Of a DNA stretch of 64,000 bases, positions 11,630-23,216 are shown piece by piece. Made by a program: the position numbers and the translations under genes. The stretch lies in NCBI RefSeq assembly GCF_001194135.2, contig NC_068991.1:40499878-40563877 (forward strand), given 5' to 3'. The number at the start of each line of letters is the position of its first letter. The stretch's first letter is position 1. The stretch comes from Octopus bimaculoides (Eukaryota). The notes under the pieces were generated by a model. The model saw only the letters and a program-made list of their open reading frames with translations, made no database searches and was not told the DNA's origin.

Positions 11630-11867
11630 AATATAAATAAGAGGAGAGACCACCAAGTGGATTCCTTGTATGCTAAAAATAGACATCAAACCGTTCTACC
11701 CTTAAAAATGTGTTATTTTTTATGGTAGGATTGTTTGACATCTATTTTTAGCATACAAGGGATCCACTTAGTGGACTCTCCCCTTATTTACATATGCTGA
11801 CCACTGGTTTAAATTGGTATCATTTAATAATATTAATTTCTACCCTTATTATATATATATATATATA

Positions 11868-12204
11868 GGGGCAGGACTGGCTGTGGTAAGTAGCTTGCTT
11901 ACTAACCACATAGTTCCGGGTTCAGTCCCGCTGCATGGCACCTTGGGCAAGCATCTTCTACTACAGCCTCTGGCCAACCAAAGCCTTGTGAGTGGATTTG
12001 GTAGAAGGAAACTGAAAGAAGCCCATATATATGTGTGTGTCTATGTTTGTGTGTCTGTGTTTACGTCCCCGTAACTTACAGGTTTGGCAAAAGAGATCAA
12101 TAGAATAAGTACTAGGCTTGCAAAGAATAAGTCCTGGGGTCGATTTGCTCAACTAAAGGTCGTGCTCCAGTATGGCCACAGTCAAATGACTAAAACAAAT
12201 AAAA

Positions 12205-12207
<3 letters not shown>
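11868..12207 (+). mobile_element. SINE family A, near full length
   Basis: tRNA-like head (gtggtaag..gggttcagtccc), ccttgggcaag core, tail gtgctccagtatggccaca. Confidence 0.85.
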
Positions 12208-12243
<36 letters not shown>

Positions 12244-12244
<1 letters not shown>

Positions 12245-12463
12245 TAGTGTTATAATCCGATTTCATTCGAGTCCACTTGGGCCACATTTTAAAGATGAGG
12301 AATTTTGCCCTAGTGGCCACACCTTTCAATTGAGCAAACTCTTCCATACACTCTTAACATAGGTGTACAAATTTTCAAGTCAATCCGACCACATTTACTA
12401 ACACTTTTGCGTGCACAACTGCTCGTGAGACAACATCCGCCCTTTTCACAAATATATAGTAGA
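12244..12463 (-). mobile_element. Short non-autonomous Helitron-like element
   Basis: On the minus strand it starts TC and ends CTAG, sitting between A and T; the subterminal hairpin is weak. Confidence 0.5.
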
Positions 12464-12480
12464 TATACACACACATATAT

Positions 12481-12630
12481 GAGTGGCTGTGTGGTAAGTA
12501 GCTTGCTTACCAACTACATGGTTCCGTATTCGGTCCCACTGCGTGATACCTTGGGCAAGTTTTTTCTACTATAGCCTTGGGCCGACCAAAGCCTTGTGAG
12601 TGGATTTGGTAGGCGGAAACTGGAAGAAGC

Positions 12631-12636
<6 letters not shown>
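12481..12636 (+). mobile_element. SINE family A, 5' half
   Basis: Close match to 11875..12030; ends in (TA)n. Confidence 0.85.
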
Positions 12637-12692
<56 letters not shown>

Positions 12693-13738
12693 TACATAGA
12701 ATCAGAAGTGTGAATGTTTGTGTTCAAAAACAGAAAAAGAAAGCTGGGAAATATCTGTGGGAATGAGAAATATAGCCAGAGAAGTGGGTTGCAAAACAGA
12801 AGAATGAGAGTTGCTAGACAGACGAACATTACAGAACATGTATTCAAGAGAAGATAACTCGCGTAACACCTATTTTTGTAGCATATCATAGTTACAAGAT
12901 CATTTCGATGTCAGTTAAAAATTTAACATATTTAATGAGGCTGTAATTCTTCTGTAAATCTGGTATCTGTGTATGAGGTGTCAATGCTTTCCTGATTTCT
13001 CTCCCTTACATTTACGAAATTATGAGAATGTAGTTTACTAGTATTTCTGTCTGTGATATGTAATCCAAACTTCACTACATCAGATTAAAGAAACAAACTA
13101 ACTGCTAATCATTATTGACCTGTATACAAATCCACAGATTCTATTGGTGATGTTTAATGAAATATGTCAAGTTGTGAAATACAGCCTAGGTAATATGAAA
13201 AGAAGGCAGGTGCACCTATGCATTCTGATTCCAGATAACCAATTAATCACAGTCGATACTCATGCCAATTTCTCAATAAGCAGGAACTCTGCTTACAACT
13301 TTGTTGCTATTAACACTGCATCTTCAACAAATATAACACCAACAAACTCCATGAAGATTTTTCTTGTTGAATAGATGACAAGATAGATGAAACAGCCTTT
13401 TAATCTTTTGTGCTTTACTCAGTACCTTAAAATGGGTCTTGTTGGGGCCTCTACAAGATCAAGTGTTGGGTATCATATGACATAATGGTTGGATACGCCA
13501 GTAACAGATTCTAACATCATCTTTTTCTAAAACAGTTAGTAGTCTCCATGGTCAGATTGACACATGCAGTTTCTATTAAATCAGACACATTTTTCAATAT
13601 GATAACATATCTATAGATATTTCTATGTATGAGAAGCAAGAATATTTTGAATAAAATGTCTGTTTATAAGATTGTTGAATTGGTTGGAAATATAATTAAT
13701 TAATGATGAAGATAATGTTAACTCAAACAATTTTATAG

Positions 13739-14083
<345 letters not shown>

Positions 14084-14267
14084 TAACTAATTTGTAATAG
14101 ATCTTAGCAATATCAATTTATTGTATTTTGAAAGTGAGGATTCATGAAAATTATGAATTCAAGTTATACATATTAATACATTTTTAAAGACACCAAAATT
14201 CATATAAATTTGATTGAAAATTACATTGATAGGTTGTTTATAAAAAAAAAATTGAATTTTCATACAT

Positions 14268-16110
14268 TGCCATCATCATTTATTGTCCATTTTCCATGCT
14301 GGCATGGGTTAGATGGTTTACCGGAAGTTGGCAAGTCAGAGAGCTGCATCAGGCTCCAGTTGTCTGTTTTGGCATGATTTCCACAGCTGAATTCCCTTCC
14401 TAACACCAACCACTTTACAGAATGCACTGGGTGCTTTTTACATGGCACCAGTAGGGTTGCCAAGTAACTTGCAAGACAAAGACCTCTTAGTTAAGAGAAA
14501 GAGTGGAACCGAGGGAAGTGGCTGTGTGCTAGGCAAGAGGTTAGAGAATGATAGCGGAACAGGGATAGTTGTTTTATTATAGAAGAAATACTTGGCCACC
14601 CTAATAGTTAGGATGAGAGTTAGAGAGAAAGATAGTCAGAGTAAGAAAGAGAGAGAAATAGATGGTGCTGGAGATGTATTGAGGCCTTACCCACAGTGAA
14701 CAATGGAGTGGTATAAGTAGTACAAAGGTGGATAGTGGGGATTGTTCCATAAGAGTGTAAGGGGATCTGTTTAGAGATGGGGAAGACATGACTAGCAAGT
14801 GATGGTGAGGGAAATTGGAGAGGCGAGGGGGTGTAAGGAAGAATGAAAGGGCATGTAGAGTGTGTGTATAGATATATGAGAGAGGTGGGTGCAGGACAAG
14901 GCCTGCTGCAGGTGTTGGGAAGATGGGGGAGTTTTGATAGATCAAATGTGTTGTGGGGGACATGGCCATAAAAGACACACACTTATGTTTGGATGGCCAC
15001 AATTTCACTGAACTTGACATGTCTTCTGAAGCACAGCAGAAGTCTCAGTCGCTTGTTATCTCCTATGTGAGGCTCAACATCTGAAGATCATTTTTCACCA
15101 CTTTGTCCCACGTCTTCCTGGGTCTACCCCTTCCATAGGTCCTCTCAATTAGAGATTGGCACTTCTTTATGCGGCTGTCCTCATTCATATGAATCCACAT
15201 ACCAGCACAGTCTTCTCTCTTGCACACTATATCTGATGCCTCTTATACCTATTTTTCTCTTAAAACACATACACGTACACACACTGACATTGTACATCCA
15301 GTAGGGCATGCTGGCTTCATTTCTTTCAAGCCTTTGCATACCCTCTGCAATCACAGCCTATGTTTCACTGCTATATAGCATTGCTATTTGTACATAGGCA
15401 TCATACAATCTGCCTTTCACTCTAAGGGAGATGCCCTTTGTTTCTAACAAAGGTAGTAGCTCCCTGAACTTTGTCTAGCTCATTCTTATTCTTGCAACTA
15501 CTCTCTTGGAGCATTTTCCTCCATTGCTAACTTGATCACCTACGTAACAGAAGCTATCCATTACTGCTAAGGATCCCCCAGGCATTTGAGGAAGTATAAT
15601 TTCACCCTCACTGTCATCTTATAGCAATCTCTTTTGTACTCCGCAAGCAACTATAAGCAGCTGCAGTTGTAGTCATCAGTCAAGTAACCATGTATTTTCT
15701 GTTCATTCCAAGTGCTTATTGTACTGGCACATCTGCCACTTACAAAGACTACTTTCTCTGTTAATCTTCCTATGACACTACTGCACCTCTTATGTGCACT
15801 GGATACACCTTATGGAATTTCTACCTACAGATTTTCTACATATCGAACAGGGCCACCTCCCTGAAAGGATTAGTAATTTGTCTGTTTTCCTACTTGAATC
15901 TCTCCTACAACATCTGACACTGTCTTTCAATCCAAAATATTTCATACCTCTGGACTTCACACTGCAGAACATTGGCAAACTTCTTACTTTCTGCTTCCAC
16001 CACTCTTCCAATCCTAATGGCATATCTACTACACTGTTCCACCACCCTGTCACCTTAGGGTTGGATGGGACTTTGCACCAGCCATAAATTTGGTTACTGA
16101 CCCTCATTAA
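14268..16110 (-). mobile_element. RTE-clade LINE, 3' portion (RT C-terminus, 3'UTR, tail)
   Basis: Minus strand GRWPCSICRKSVGRNSIRCIQC, DSFCYVGDQVS..KFRELLPLL..SLRVKGRLYDA, GRGRPRKTWDKVVKNDL; tail at 14268..14460. Confidence 0.85.
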
Positions 16111-16547
16111 GTTGTCCTTGAATGTATATGTGTGTCTATGTATGTGTATATATANNNNNNNNNNNNNNNNNNNNNNNNNNNNNNNNNNNNNNNNNNNNNN
16201 NNNNNNNNNNNNNNNNNNNNNNNNNNNNNNNNNNNNNNNNNNNNNNNNNNNNNNATATATATATATGTATATATATGGTTGTAAAACAATCCCTGAAATA
16301 ACAAGGAAAACTAGACATAAAACAAACAGAACATATGAATGACCGTTGGATAATGACCCACACTCTGCTCAAGCAGGAACCTCCAGCATAAAGCTGGCCA
16401 GTTGACTGCCAGTGGGAATGCAATAAATTCAAGCACAATGTGTTACCAATCTTGATGGAGAGACATTCATGAAATTGCTTTTGTTTTATTCAATCTAAAT
16501 TTTTATCATGTAAATAATAATTGTTATTATTTTGTTTATTTTTCCAG

Positions 16548-16761
16548 GACAGTCCCCTGAAAGCCATTCAAATGCTTTGGGTCAACTTAATTATGGACAC
16601 TTTAGCATCCCTTGCTCTTGCAACAGAGCTCCCAACTGAAGAGCTGCTGAAAAGAAAACCATATGGAAGAACAAAAGCTCTTATTTCTAGAACAATGATG
16701 AAAAATATTATAGGTCATGCTATTTATCAATTAACTGTTATTTTTGTACTGCTGTTTGGAG
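16548..16761 (+). CDS. ATP2B: PMCA exon G ([27 protein letters not shown]...VIFVLLFG; TM6-TM7)
   Basis: TTCCAG acceptor, GTAAGT donor; 214 nt; TM6 Ca2+-site motif WVNLIMD. Confidence 0.97.
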
Positions 16762-16772
16762 GTAAGTAACAC

Positions 16773-16810
<38 letters not shown>

Positions 16811-17974
16811 ACTCCATATAAGTTGGACCTATTAACATAAATATCTATATATTTACACTTATAAACTCATCATCTGAAAGTCTCCGTCTTTCACTTTCTC
16901 TCATTTTGCATGTATACATATTTTGTATTTCATACCCAAACTAATATATTTAATATATTTGATGTATTGAATTTGTTTATCCACATTATTGCCTCTATAT
17001 CCGCTCAACTTGATCCTTCTTATAGCCTTCCTTTATCTTGTGGAATGGACCCCTGTAAAGACATCAGAATCTAAGTTTGAATCTTTTGAGTACTACTAAG
17101 TGCCTTCTATATGGAGAATCTCTGGATTTTATCTGTGAAGTATAATATATATGTGTGTGCAAAATAGATTTTTTTTTTCAATCATCATAATAGGGAATAA
17201 GCAAAATAAAGTTTATTTTCATACTACAGACTAGTTATTTACATTTTCATAAGTAAATTTTGAGGACTAATTTTTCTTAAATTTTGAGATGCGATTTCCT
17301 ATAAACACATAATCCTTTACAGTGTAATTGTTAATGTGTTTGTTTACTTGAAATTGACTATCAGTTTTATTTGATTTCACTATATATATAAAATAGCTTC
17401 GACATAAGCCACTAGGTTTATCTTCCCTTTTAAAAAAATTTCTACTGAAGTTACAAACTGTAATCCTTCAAACAACATAAAATTTCCAAACGACTAAGAT
17501 GACCAAACAAAAATACACTCAACAAGAATCAGTGCCACAAATTCTAATACCTCGTAGCCAGGCTAATCAGCATCTAGCAGTATATGATGGCAGCTTCCTT
17601 CAGCTCAAAAAAGTACTATTTTTCTTCCTTATTCCTGCAAGACTCCTACTGCTATGTTCCCAAGAGTAACCTTATCCCTTCTACTTTCATGTGCAACAAT
17701 GACAATACAGACACCAACAAACAGCATATGTAATTTATATCTGTTTAGTTGCACATACATTATATTTTATAACTCAGAAGAAGAAAAGCCAAACATTCTG
17801 TGGGAACTTTAAGATATTCTGTTGGGTTGGGGGAAGGAATAGATCCTGACACATGCACCTTCCTTATACCAGAGACTTAGTTTCAATACTTACAACATAA
17901 TGGACTCTACTAAAAGCACCTTAGAGCCAGGTATGTTATGAAACCAAGTGACTTACTTAAGAATAACTACAAAC

Positions 17975-18130
17975 TTTCCAACAGGCTTCTGCACAGTTTG
18001 TTTACCAATTCTCACTTAAAAGTCTTGGGTCAACCAAAGGCTGTTTTAGAAAACACTTGCCCAAGGTACCACTATGTGAGATAAAATCTATGGGATTTAC
18101 AAACAAACTTCTCAACTATATGATCATAGT
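17975..18130 (-). mobile_element. SINE family A
   Basis: aacacttgcccaaggtaccac is the reverse complement of the ccttgggcaagtgt core. Confidence 0.7.
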
Positions 18131-18394
18131 GAAAAGCACCAATGGAGACTGCAGGCCTTATCACTGGAAGAAGGCTGGAACAGCGTTGTAAGGAATGGGA
18201 GTGATGGAGAGAGAGATTGATACTGCTCTGGTAGGGAATGATTTAATGATAAAAAAAACTATCTTTGTCACAGACTATTAAGTATAAATTTGGGAGGATT
18301 CCAGAAATGAATTTATATGTAAACTTTTGTTTTTTTTTTATAATATTTTAGTTTTAAATAAATTGCTGAATTGACACCTGTTGATTTATTTTAG

Positions 18395-18612
18395 GTGCTG
18401 AAATTCTGGATATTGACAGTGGCAGAATAGAAGAGGCAGAGAAACACGCACCTCCTTCTCAGCATTTCACCATCATTTTTAACACATTTGTCATGATGAC
18501 ATTATTTAATGAAGTAAATTCTCGTAAAATTCATGGGCAGCGCAACATTTTATCAGGCCTTAGACGAAATCCTGTGTTTGTTGGAATTTGGGTAGGAACA
18601 TTAATATCACAG
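18395..18612 (+). CDS. ATP2B: PMCA exon H (GAEILDIDSGR...HFTIIFNTFVMMTLFNEVNSRKIHG...GTLISQ; TM8-TM9)
   Basis: TTTAG acceptor, GTTAGT donor; 218 nt; FNEVNSRKIHG motif. Confidence 0.96.
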
Positions 18613-18772
18613 GTTAGTGTCTTATTGCATTACTTAATTTCCTTTCAGTCGTTTCCATTGGTTTATCATATTTAATCAAACCCAAGATATAACAATGTAC
18701 TTTTGAGGTCTTATTTAAAGAATCAATTGCCATGAAGTAACTATTATAGTTAATTGAGACAGTTGGCACATT

Positions 18773-19069
18773 CATCATCATTTAACATCTGTTGTTTATG
18801 CTGACATTGGTTGGACAGTGTGACCAGAGCTGGCAAGCTGGAGGGCTGCACCACACTCCAGTCTGATTTGGCATGGCTTCTATAGCTGGATGCTCTACCT
18901 GATGCTAACCACTTTACAGAGTGTGTTGGGTGCTTTTACATGGCACCACATGGGTGCTTTTATGTGGCACCACATGGGTACTTTTACGTAGCGTCACACT
19001 AACACTTTTACGTGGCACCGCATGGGTGTTTTGCATGATACTGCATGGGCACTTTTATGTGTCACCACA
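18773..19069 (-). mobile_element. RTE-type tail with six-copy 24-bp tandem repeat (18927..19069)
   Basis: catcatcatttaacatc start; units tgggtgcttttacatggcaccaca and variants. Confidence 0.75.
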
Positions 19070-19376
19070 TAAGCAGAATTTAGTATTTAGTCAGGTGACA
19101 CTGCTAATAATTACAACTTACAATATTGGTATAAGTTTGTAAGGGGAGTGTATCAACCTCAGTACATGACTCTGAGATGTACAGATATAACAAATATATT
19201 ATTTGGGTTTTTTTTTCCAGTGGAAGATGTTCTATTTCATCAACATGATGGGATTAAAAACAAAATTCACCATGAAAAGTAACATCATTTTTGTCATGCA
19301 CAACTTGAGAAATAAACCACTATCCACTTCAAAATACATGGCAGGTCATTAAACAAGTTACAGGATAGAGCTTATC

Positions 19377-20050
19377 ACAGGCATGAGCAACCTTTTATTG
19401 AGAAGTGGGTTGCATGAAACATGGCTCATCATTATGTGGGCTGTACTACTAAAAACATTGAAGGTCATTTTTCACTAGGCATGCTATTCAGAATGTCCCA
19501 CAAGCTGCAGATAGCCCATGACTGCGCTGTTACATTGCTTCAGAAAATAGCTATTTCAAAATCTATTGAAGGACACTGTATTTCTCTGGTCTTCTGAATC
19601 TAGTCATTTTCAAAGCTTTTTGTATTTTCCTTCGCAGAAATCTTGGATCATGCTGAATGCTTGTCTCAATAAGTTGTTTACAGACTAAATATTTCCAGCA
19701 TCCATTTTAACATCATCAGAGACAATATGAGAAGTAAAGCTTTTTATAAACTAACAAAAGTATCTCCTTTGTTTTTGATGTTAATGATGTCCTCTGTCTA
19801 ATCAATTTTATTTTTGTATCTTGACATTTTCAATCTACAGACATACCTTGTTGTCCAAAACATTATTAGCTAAATGGAAATAATCACAAATAGACTTTAC
19901 ATCAGTATGCTACGGCAGTTTTAAAGATTTAATTCTTTTCATTTGTTTAGATAAGATCAGAGCACAATGGATCAAGATTCTTGGAGAGAAAGGTTTTTAC
20001 AGCTGCTTGCTTTCACTATTTTCTATATCAAGCAGTATAATGTTTAGTAC
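19377..20050 (-). mobile_element. Degenerate hAT (Charlie/SPIN-like) transposon 3' remnant
   Basis: caggcatgagcaacctttt..gggttgcatga terminus-like sequence; minus-strand NNLLRQAFSMIQDF..RNTVSF weakly resembles the hAT dimerisation domain. Confidence 0.4.
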
Positions 20051-20287
20051 GAATGGAAGAAGTGACATTTTTTTCTCAAAATAGCTTGACTGATATTAGT
20101 GTCTTGAAAAATAATGTTATACATTGTAGACAAAGGAACACTTAATGCTGACAAACTTACAAAAATATTTAAATAGCATTGTTAATAATTCATGGAAAAA
20201 ATATTTAGAAGTGGTGTCTGAATATGTAAACAATGACACAGTTCCAGTAAATGCCAAGGTATTTTACAATTATATTTTAATGTAGCC

Positions 20288-20445
20288 TTAACCCTTTTGT
20301 CAACATATCTCCCCTGATGTTTGGGACAAAAATTAACATAATAAATGGTTTCAATAAATGGTTTCAATTGAGATCACTTTAAAACAGCAAGTTTGCTTAA
20401 CAGAAGCAAGAGTGGTCACAACTAAGTTGGTATAAAAAGGGTTGA
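20288..20445. mobile_element. piggyBac-like MITE, internally deleted copy
   Basis: TTAA-CCCTTTT ... AAAAGGG-TTGA termini; shares gatcacttta..aagtttg and gttggtat with 43065..43323. Confidence 0.65.
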
Positions 20446-20603
20446 AATGACATTTAATTCAAGCACTCTTTGATTGATTAACTTTTTTATACAGAACAGT
20501 TTTCAATTTTCTAAATTTGAAGTTAAATGTCTCTGAGAAGAGTTTTAATGTATTCCTTTGGATTTTTATCATCACTGTTCTTCATTCTTTTTTATCATTT
20601 CAG

Positions 20604-20711
20604 ATTATTATTATTGAATTGGGTGGGTTTGCATTCAGTACTAAGGGACTGAGTTTAGAACAGTGGTTGTGGTGTCTTTTCTTGGGAATTGGTGCTCTTT
20701 TATGGGGACAG
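20604..20711 (+). CDS. ATP2B: PMCA exon I (IIIIELGGFAFSTKGLSLEQWLWCLFLGIGALLWGQ; TM10)
   Basis: TTCAG acceptor, GTAAGA donor; 108 nt. Confidence 0.96.
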
Positions 20712-21169
20712 GTAAGATATATTTCTCTATTTGACATGATCAATGACTAATCATTCCTTTTCCTTTCAGTAGTTTTTGGTAATTCAATGAATTTTAGTAC
20801 TTCATATTGTTCTCTCTCACTTACATACATACACACACACAACATAAATATTTTATGAACTTGTAGAATCTGAAAAACACTGTTAGTCTTTTGTTGGTAA
20901 ATAGTAATACACAGAGTTCAAACAGTGTATATTTTGTACCAAGAGGAAGAAAAAGGTCTGTTTTCGGTAGAATTCTTCATCATAAAGAGATGAAACATTT
21001 ATGTTGAAGGTTAAATTGGGAGAAGTGAGAGTGATGAATAATTATTTATCAAAGTTGGTATTAAAAAAATAATTATGGTTTTTAACCATCAATTTTAAAA
21101 TAAGTATATCTTTCAGTGAAGAATAAATTTTACTAATTGAAATAAGCTTAAGAATCTACACATGTTTTG

Positions 21170-21960
21170 CCCTCAAGAACAAGTCAATGTAGCATAGAAT
21201 TCTGAAGTTCTGGAACTGATGTATTCTTTGAAGGTATTTTGAGGTGTTGCTTGGTTATTAAAAAAAAATTTGCAGGAAGTTATCAAAATAGTTTTTAAAA
21301 AAATGATAGTCAGTTGAAGAGAGAGTCTGTGGAGTAAGAGAGGTGAGGTAAAGTTTCATAGACAAGTGCATTCAATTTCTGCTGAGGCAGTAGTGTATTT
21401 TATTGATTTCCTAAGAATATTTCTCTGCTGTGTTATTTTCACTAAGATTCAAGAAATAATGATGAAGGATTCCACTTGCTGACCACCAGTGACCATAACT
21501 TCCTCTTGATGCAGCTTTGGTTTGAGAAAGTGTTTTGGTGAATCACCTTTGTCTAGCTACTACACAGAGTAACACCATTTGTTGTAGAGAATCAGATTTT
21601 TTTGTCATATGTCACAATAAAAGAAATGGATTGTTTTTCTTGCACAAAAGAAGCTCAGAGTAGACTCTGTAATGGTGATTTTTTTTACCTTCAGTTCATG
21701 GTACCCATTTGTTGAGCATTTCTTTTGATTTTCCAATATGGTGCAAATGTTGAACTACTAACTGTTAAATAACCAATGTTTAGTTCTTCCACGACCTCTT
21801 GAGTTGTTTTGTATGACTCGACCTCAATAACATCCCTCAGTTAGTCATGTCAGTCATAAAAGATTGTCCACAGCATCATTCAAAGTTCTTATTTCCTCTA
21901 CAAAATTTTTTAGGGACAATGTCAAGTTGCACATTCATTCATAGTTCCTTCACCAAATAC
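21170..21960 (-). pseudogene. Fossil mariner transposase (Hsmar1/cecropia-like)
   Basis: Minus strand VVQHLHHIGKSKEMLNKWVP, LDKGDSPKHFLKPKLHQ, WWSASGILHHYFLN..TAEKY, PHLSYSTD (WVPHEL and YSPDL relics); many stops and frameshifts. Confidence 0.8.
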
Positions 21961-22089
21961 AGTGAGGATTAGCAACAGGAAAAGTATCCAGCTGTACTAT
22001 AATATCTCAATAATATATTCATCTAACTCATGCTAGCATGGAAAAACAGATGCAAAAATTAACAAGAAATTATATATGTGACAAACTTT

Positions 22090-22228
22090 ATGCAGTTTTC
22101 ATTTACCAAGATTTACAAAGCATTGGTTAGTCTGAGGCTAGAGTAGAAGACACTTGCCCAAGATGATGCACAGTGAGACTAAACTTGCAACCTGAGAAGT
22201 AAACTTCTTAACACAGCTATGCCTGTAC
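22090..22228 (-). mobile_element. SINE family A
   Basis: tagaagacacttgcccaag core on the minus strand. Confidence 0.7.
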
Positions 22229-23030
22229 CTTAAAAGGACATTATAAAATTAGTAAAGATTACTTGCATGCAGATTTTACTTAATTTTTAATATGATCCTT
22301 TAACTGCATCCCATGGTGAAGCTCCTGCTTGGGAGTTTAGAAGTTTTGGAGAGTATGGAGTTACCCTTCAGTCATTACCACACTCAGGTTCATTCTGGCT
22401 CATGTTAGTAGTACTTGTCAAGGGCTCCAGATATGCATCAAATAGCAGAAGATGGTCCTGTGGTTAAGGCCTACAGAAATCAATGAAGTGTGGGCCTCTA
22501 GGCATGTCACATAGTCCCCTACCCCACCCAGTGTGTAGACGTGCTCTAATTTCATGTGAACCAATACTTGTGCCTCGTGGGTAAGCACAAAAGAGTAGGA
22601 GACTAGAAGAGTAAATTTTAAATAAACTGGCAGAAAATAATGGGGAACAACTGATGTGTCTTTCCCAACAAAAATCAAGAATCTTCTAAATTTGGCATGG
22701 CAGTCTGTGATCACCAATGCCTGTAGGTATGATACATGAAGAGTGAGAGAGAGAGGTTTTCAAAAATGATTGCAATAAAGAATTTATTCAAGATAAGGTT
22801 ACTAATCACAAACACCTCCACAATTCCAAATGTCTGATGCTTAGCACTGATTTCATAGAAACAACATATCATAGGTGATTTTTTTAGGTTTGTACTTAAT
22901 TTCAGGAGAGAATAAACTGAATCACAATTAAAATGCCATCTCTGGATTTGAATTCAAGGTCTTTGAGTGATCATATGCAATATTTAAAGGGAAGTTCTTA
23001 AATTCCAAATTTATTACTGTTTATTTTTAG

Positions 23031-23216
23031 ATTATCACCACTATTCCTACACACAAACTTCCTCATCTTTGTACATGGGGAACATCATCTGATGCACAAT
23101 TGGACATGGATGCCATAGATGGAGCGAAATTAGATGCATCGCCGGAGTCAGATGACCATGTTGGTCGGCGAGGTCAAATACTTTGGGTACGTGGCCTCAC
23201 AAGACTCCAACAACAG
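23031..23216 (+). CDS. ATP2B: PMCA exon J (IITTIPTHKLP...DHVGRRGQILWVRGLTRLQQQ; first half of CaM-binding domain)
   Basis: TTTTAG acceptor, GTAAAG donor; 186 nt; ends in phase 0 at the position equivalent to vertebrate splice site C. Not in the supplied ORF track. Confidence 0.95.

Noticed and set aside
11868-11945. tRNA-like A/B-box sequence
   Set aside because: Head of a SINE, continuing into core and tail; no cloverleaf, so not called a tRNA gene.
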